From positions 1-37,674 of the forward strand of contig JBFMAF010000014.1 of assembly GCA_040755995.1 (NCBI GenBank): a stretch of DNA of 37,674 nucleotides, given 5' to 3'. The first letter of the stretch is position 1. Each line of letters opens with the position of its first letter. Shown in pieces: positions 35,785-37,674 of this stretch. This stretch comes from Acidobacteriota bacterium (lineage in GTDB: Bacteria > Acidobacteriota > CAIWXX01). Both the position numbers and the translations under genes were made by a program. The notes under the pieces were generated by a model. That model was not told the origin of the DNA and searched no databases. It saw only the letters and a program-made list of their open reading frames with translations.

Positions 35785-36675
35785 TTATCGTCGATCTACC
35801 GGCGCGAAGTCGGATTTCGCGGGGACGTACTCATCGACATAGTGAGACGCGTGGAAGATGGTGACGAGCTTCTCGATGACCAGGACGATGAGAAAGACCA
35901 CCAGCCCGGCGGCGGCTTCGTCTCTGCCCCTCTCGCCACTGACTACAACGAGGAGGTTCACGAGCACCAGCAGGGTCAGGAAGGCTTCAACAATTGCGTC
36001 GAGTATGCCGAGAACCGGGTGTCCAGTGTAGAAGTAGCCTCCTCCGGGATACAGGATCGAATACCTGATGGCGCGTGATCTGTCCTTGAACTCGAGGAAG
36101 CACTGCCGGCAGGCATAGTGGCGCGGTTCCAGAGGCTGGGAGCAGCGCGGGCAGATATGCCGCCGGCCGCCGGTAGTCGATTGCTCACCCTTCCCAATCA
36201 GTCCCGGAAGGAGCTGCTTCAACTTCCGGACAGCCTTGCCGTCGACATAGACGAATTTCTCGGTCTTGCCGTTTCGGTATTTCAGCGTCAGGGCGCGGCC
36301 CAGAAACGTGGAGACCTTTGCCTGCATGATGTCGCCGAGCGAAATCTCCGCGACCGATTGTCGCGTGGAGAAATCGGTCTTCGTTGGAAGATGAATCACG
36401 CGACTCGTAGTCACCACCAACAGGCATCGTTTGATGTACACGATGATCCATCCGGTGGTCAGCTGCTCGAGCACGCCCATCGGAGAGCAGGCGGGTGCGA
36501 CCAACAGGACCTTCTCGTCGGGACGGAGAACCGTCTTCAGCAAGGCGGCCGCCTTGATCAAGAATTTCTCCTGGTGCACCTGCATCTTGGCGCTGGGAAC
36601 GCCCTTGTGGTCCGAGAAGCACACCGTCTCATCGACCGGCAGATTGAGGCTCACGTACTGCGCATGAGTATCCAT
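35785..36675 (-). CDS. Hypothetical membrane protein (PH-like domain, CxxC-CxxC ribbon, C-terminal TMs)
   Basis: AAGGAGG RBS, LVVTTSRVI (PH-like), CPRC...CRQC, TM2-like SILYPGGGYFYTG and two further TMs. Confidence 0.75.
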   Translation of the reverse strand: MDTHAQYVSLNLPVDETVCFSDHKGVPSAKMQVHQEKFLIKAAALLKTVLRPDEKVLLVAPACSPMGVLEQLTTGWIIVYIKRCLLVVTTSRVIHLPTKTDFSTRQSVAEISLGDIMQAKVSTFLGRALTLKYRNGKTEKFVYVDGKAVRKLKQLLPGLIGKGEQSTTGGRRHICPRCSQPLEPRHYACRQCFLEFKDRSRAIRYSILYPGGGYFYTGHPVLGILDAIVEAFLTLLVLVNLLVVVSGERGRDEAAAGLVVFLIVLVIEKLVTIFHASHYVDEYVPAKSDFAPVDRR

Positions 36676-36897
36676 GGTGCCCCTCCTTGATCAGGTACAG
36701 ACCGGGTTCTGCGCAACCTGGAGATTACTCATGAGGCGTGCCGGAGTCAACGACAATCGCTCAGCGTGCCCACGTCTCTCCTGAAACCCGTGCGCCGGGA
36801 CTCGGATTTCGGCCTGGCAGCACAGCCGCGGTCCCAGGCGATGATGGGAACGGCTGCGCTGCGGCGACGGCCGCAACACCGCGCCGGCAGCGTGTCG

Positions 36898-37149
36898 CTA
36901 CGACCCGGAGACACCGGGCCCCGGAGCCGGGCGCTGGACGAGGAACAACACCACCTCGCCTGGATGCAGGCGCATCCCCGGTAGAAGCACGGTGCCGCCA
37001 CCAAGGTCGATCCGCTCGGTGACAAGGAGCGTCTTCTCTTCGTCCCGTTGAAACGCCTCCGCCGGCTCTTCTTTGGGGATGCCATCCTGGCTGCCGGCGA
37101 AAGGGCGATACCAAGGGATCTGAAGAGGCGCGCGTTCGACCGTCATCAT
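36898..37149 (-). CDS. Small hypothetical protein
   Basis: 83-aa ORF with a GGAG RBS and protein-like composition. No recognisable family. Confidence 0.35.
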   Translation of the reverse strand: MMTVERAPLQIPWYRPFAGSQDGIPKEEPAEAFQRDEEKTLLVTERIDLGGGTVLLPGMRLHPGEVVLFLVQRPAPGPGVSGS

Positions 37150-37674
37150 GTCTTCTCCACCCAGTCTTTCTCCAATTCTCCTCGCAACGTTCGGTCGCGA
37201 ACATCATCCATCACGTATTCTCGTACGATCCCCAGAAAACGATGCATGCGGCGTGCCACGGGGTTTCGATGCGTTCTGTTGGGCTTGGGGTGATTCGTGT
37301 GTCCTCCCTGAGCAGCGAATGCCACCAGAATAGGACAGTCAGAGCAGGCTCCCGGTGTGCGTGCGTGTACCTGGAAGATCGGCCAGGGAGCGGTGACTGT
37401 GAGGGTGCGGACTAGCCAGGGAAAGATGCGCCGAGGAGGACCTCTATTTCCTGGATCAGAACGGGCAGGTTGGGGCGCTGAAGACTCATCTGCGGGGCCG
37501 GGATGCGATTGTGCTTCGCATTCGGCAGGATGTGCTTGTGATGGGGGTGGCTAGCGCATGTTTGCTGGAGGCTGCCATAAGTCATTGAAAAGCCTGGGTC
37601 GGGTTTTCGATTTGGTCACTACATGATGGTTTCGGCGTTTTCGGGCGGCGTTGGGGGATCGAGGTGGGTGACGC

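Noticed and set aside
36766..36830. LLKPVRRDSDFGLA, reminiscent of Ser/Thr kinase LKP...DFGLA
   Set aside because: The spacing is too short, the HRD and N residues are missing, and there is no other kinase motif, so it is probably chance.
37617..37631. CACTACATGATGGTT as a possible NrdR box
   Set aside because: Only the left half fits, there is a single copy, and no nrd gene is visible.

Overview
GC-rich bacterial window with no rRNA, tRNA, CRISPR array, integrase or transposase that I can recognise. It holds about 30 mostly unrelated genes. In order: an AlaX-type tRNA-editing protein (cut by the left edge and missing from the ORF track), an aldehyde dehydrogenase, a MacAB-like ABC exporter whose periplasmic adaptor has an N-terminal PAS domain, a hyaluronan-synthase/NodC-like GT2, a Thr-type sulfatase-like lipoprotein, a double-rubredoxin NADH oxidoreductase plus rubrerythrin, hisC, a hybrid histidine kinase, an FAD oxidoreductase, a DUF433/DUF5615 toxin-antitoxin-like pair, a serine hydrolase, a Uma2 nuclease, a secreted repeat protein, an SDR, heme o synthase, DUF2891, an APC permease, a nitroreductase, a radical SAM protein, an ABC-ATPase plus TOPRIM-like pair (candidate defence system), a lysA with an apparent signal peptide, a WG-repeat protein and hypothetical membrane proteins. 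The structure the genes do not explain is concentrated at 17.6-24.4 kb. It includes a 234-bp, 97% identical direct repeat of a gene's 5' end and promoter that brackets the TA pair, several 130-250 bp scraps of unrelated genes (TPR, GH9, hypothetical) and an orphan BlaI/CopY-type palindrome. All family calls come from recognising motifs by eye, not from database searches.
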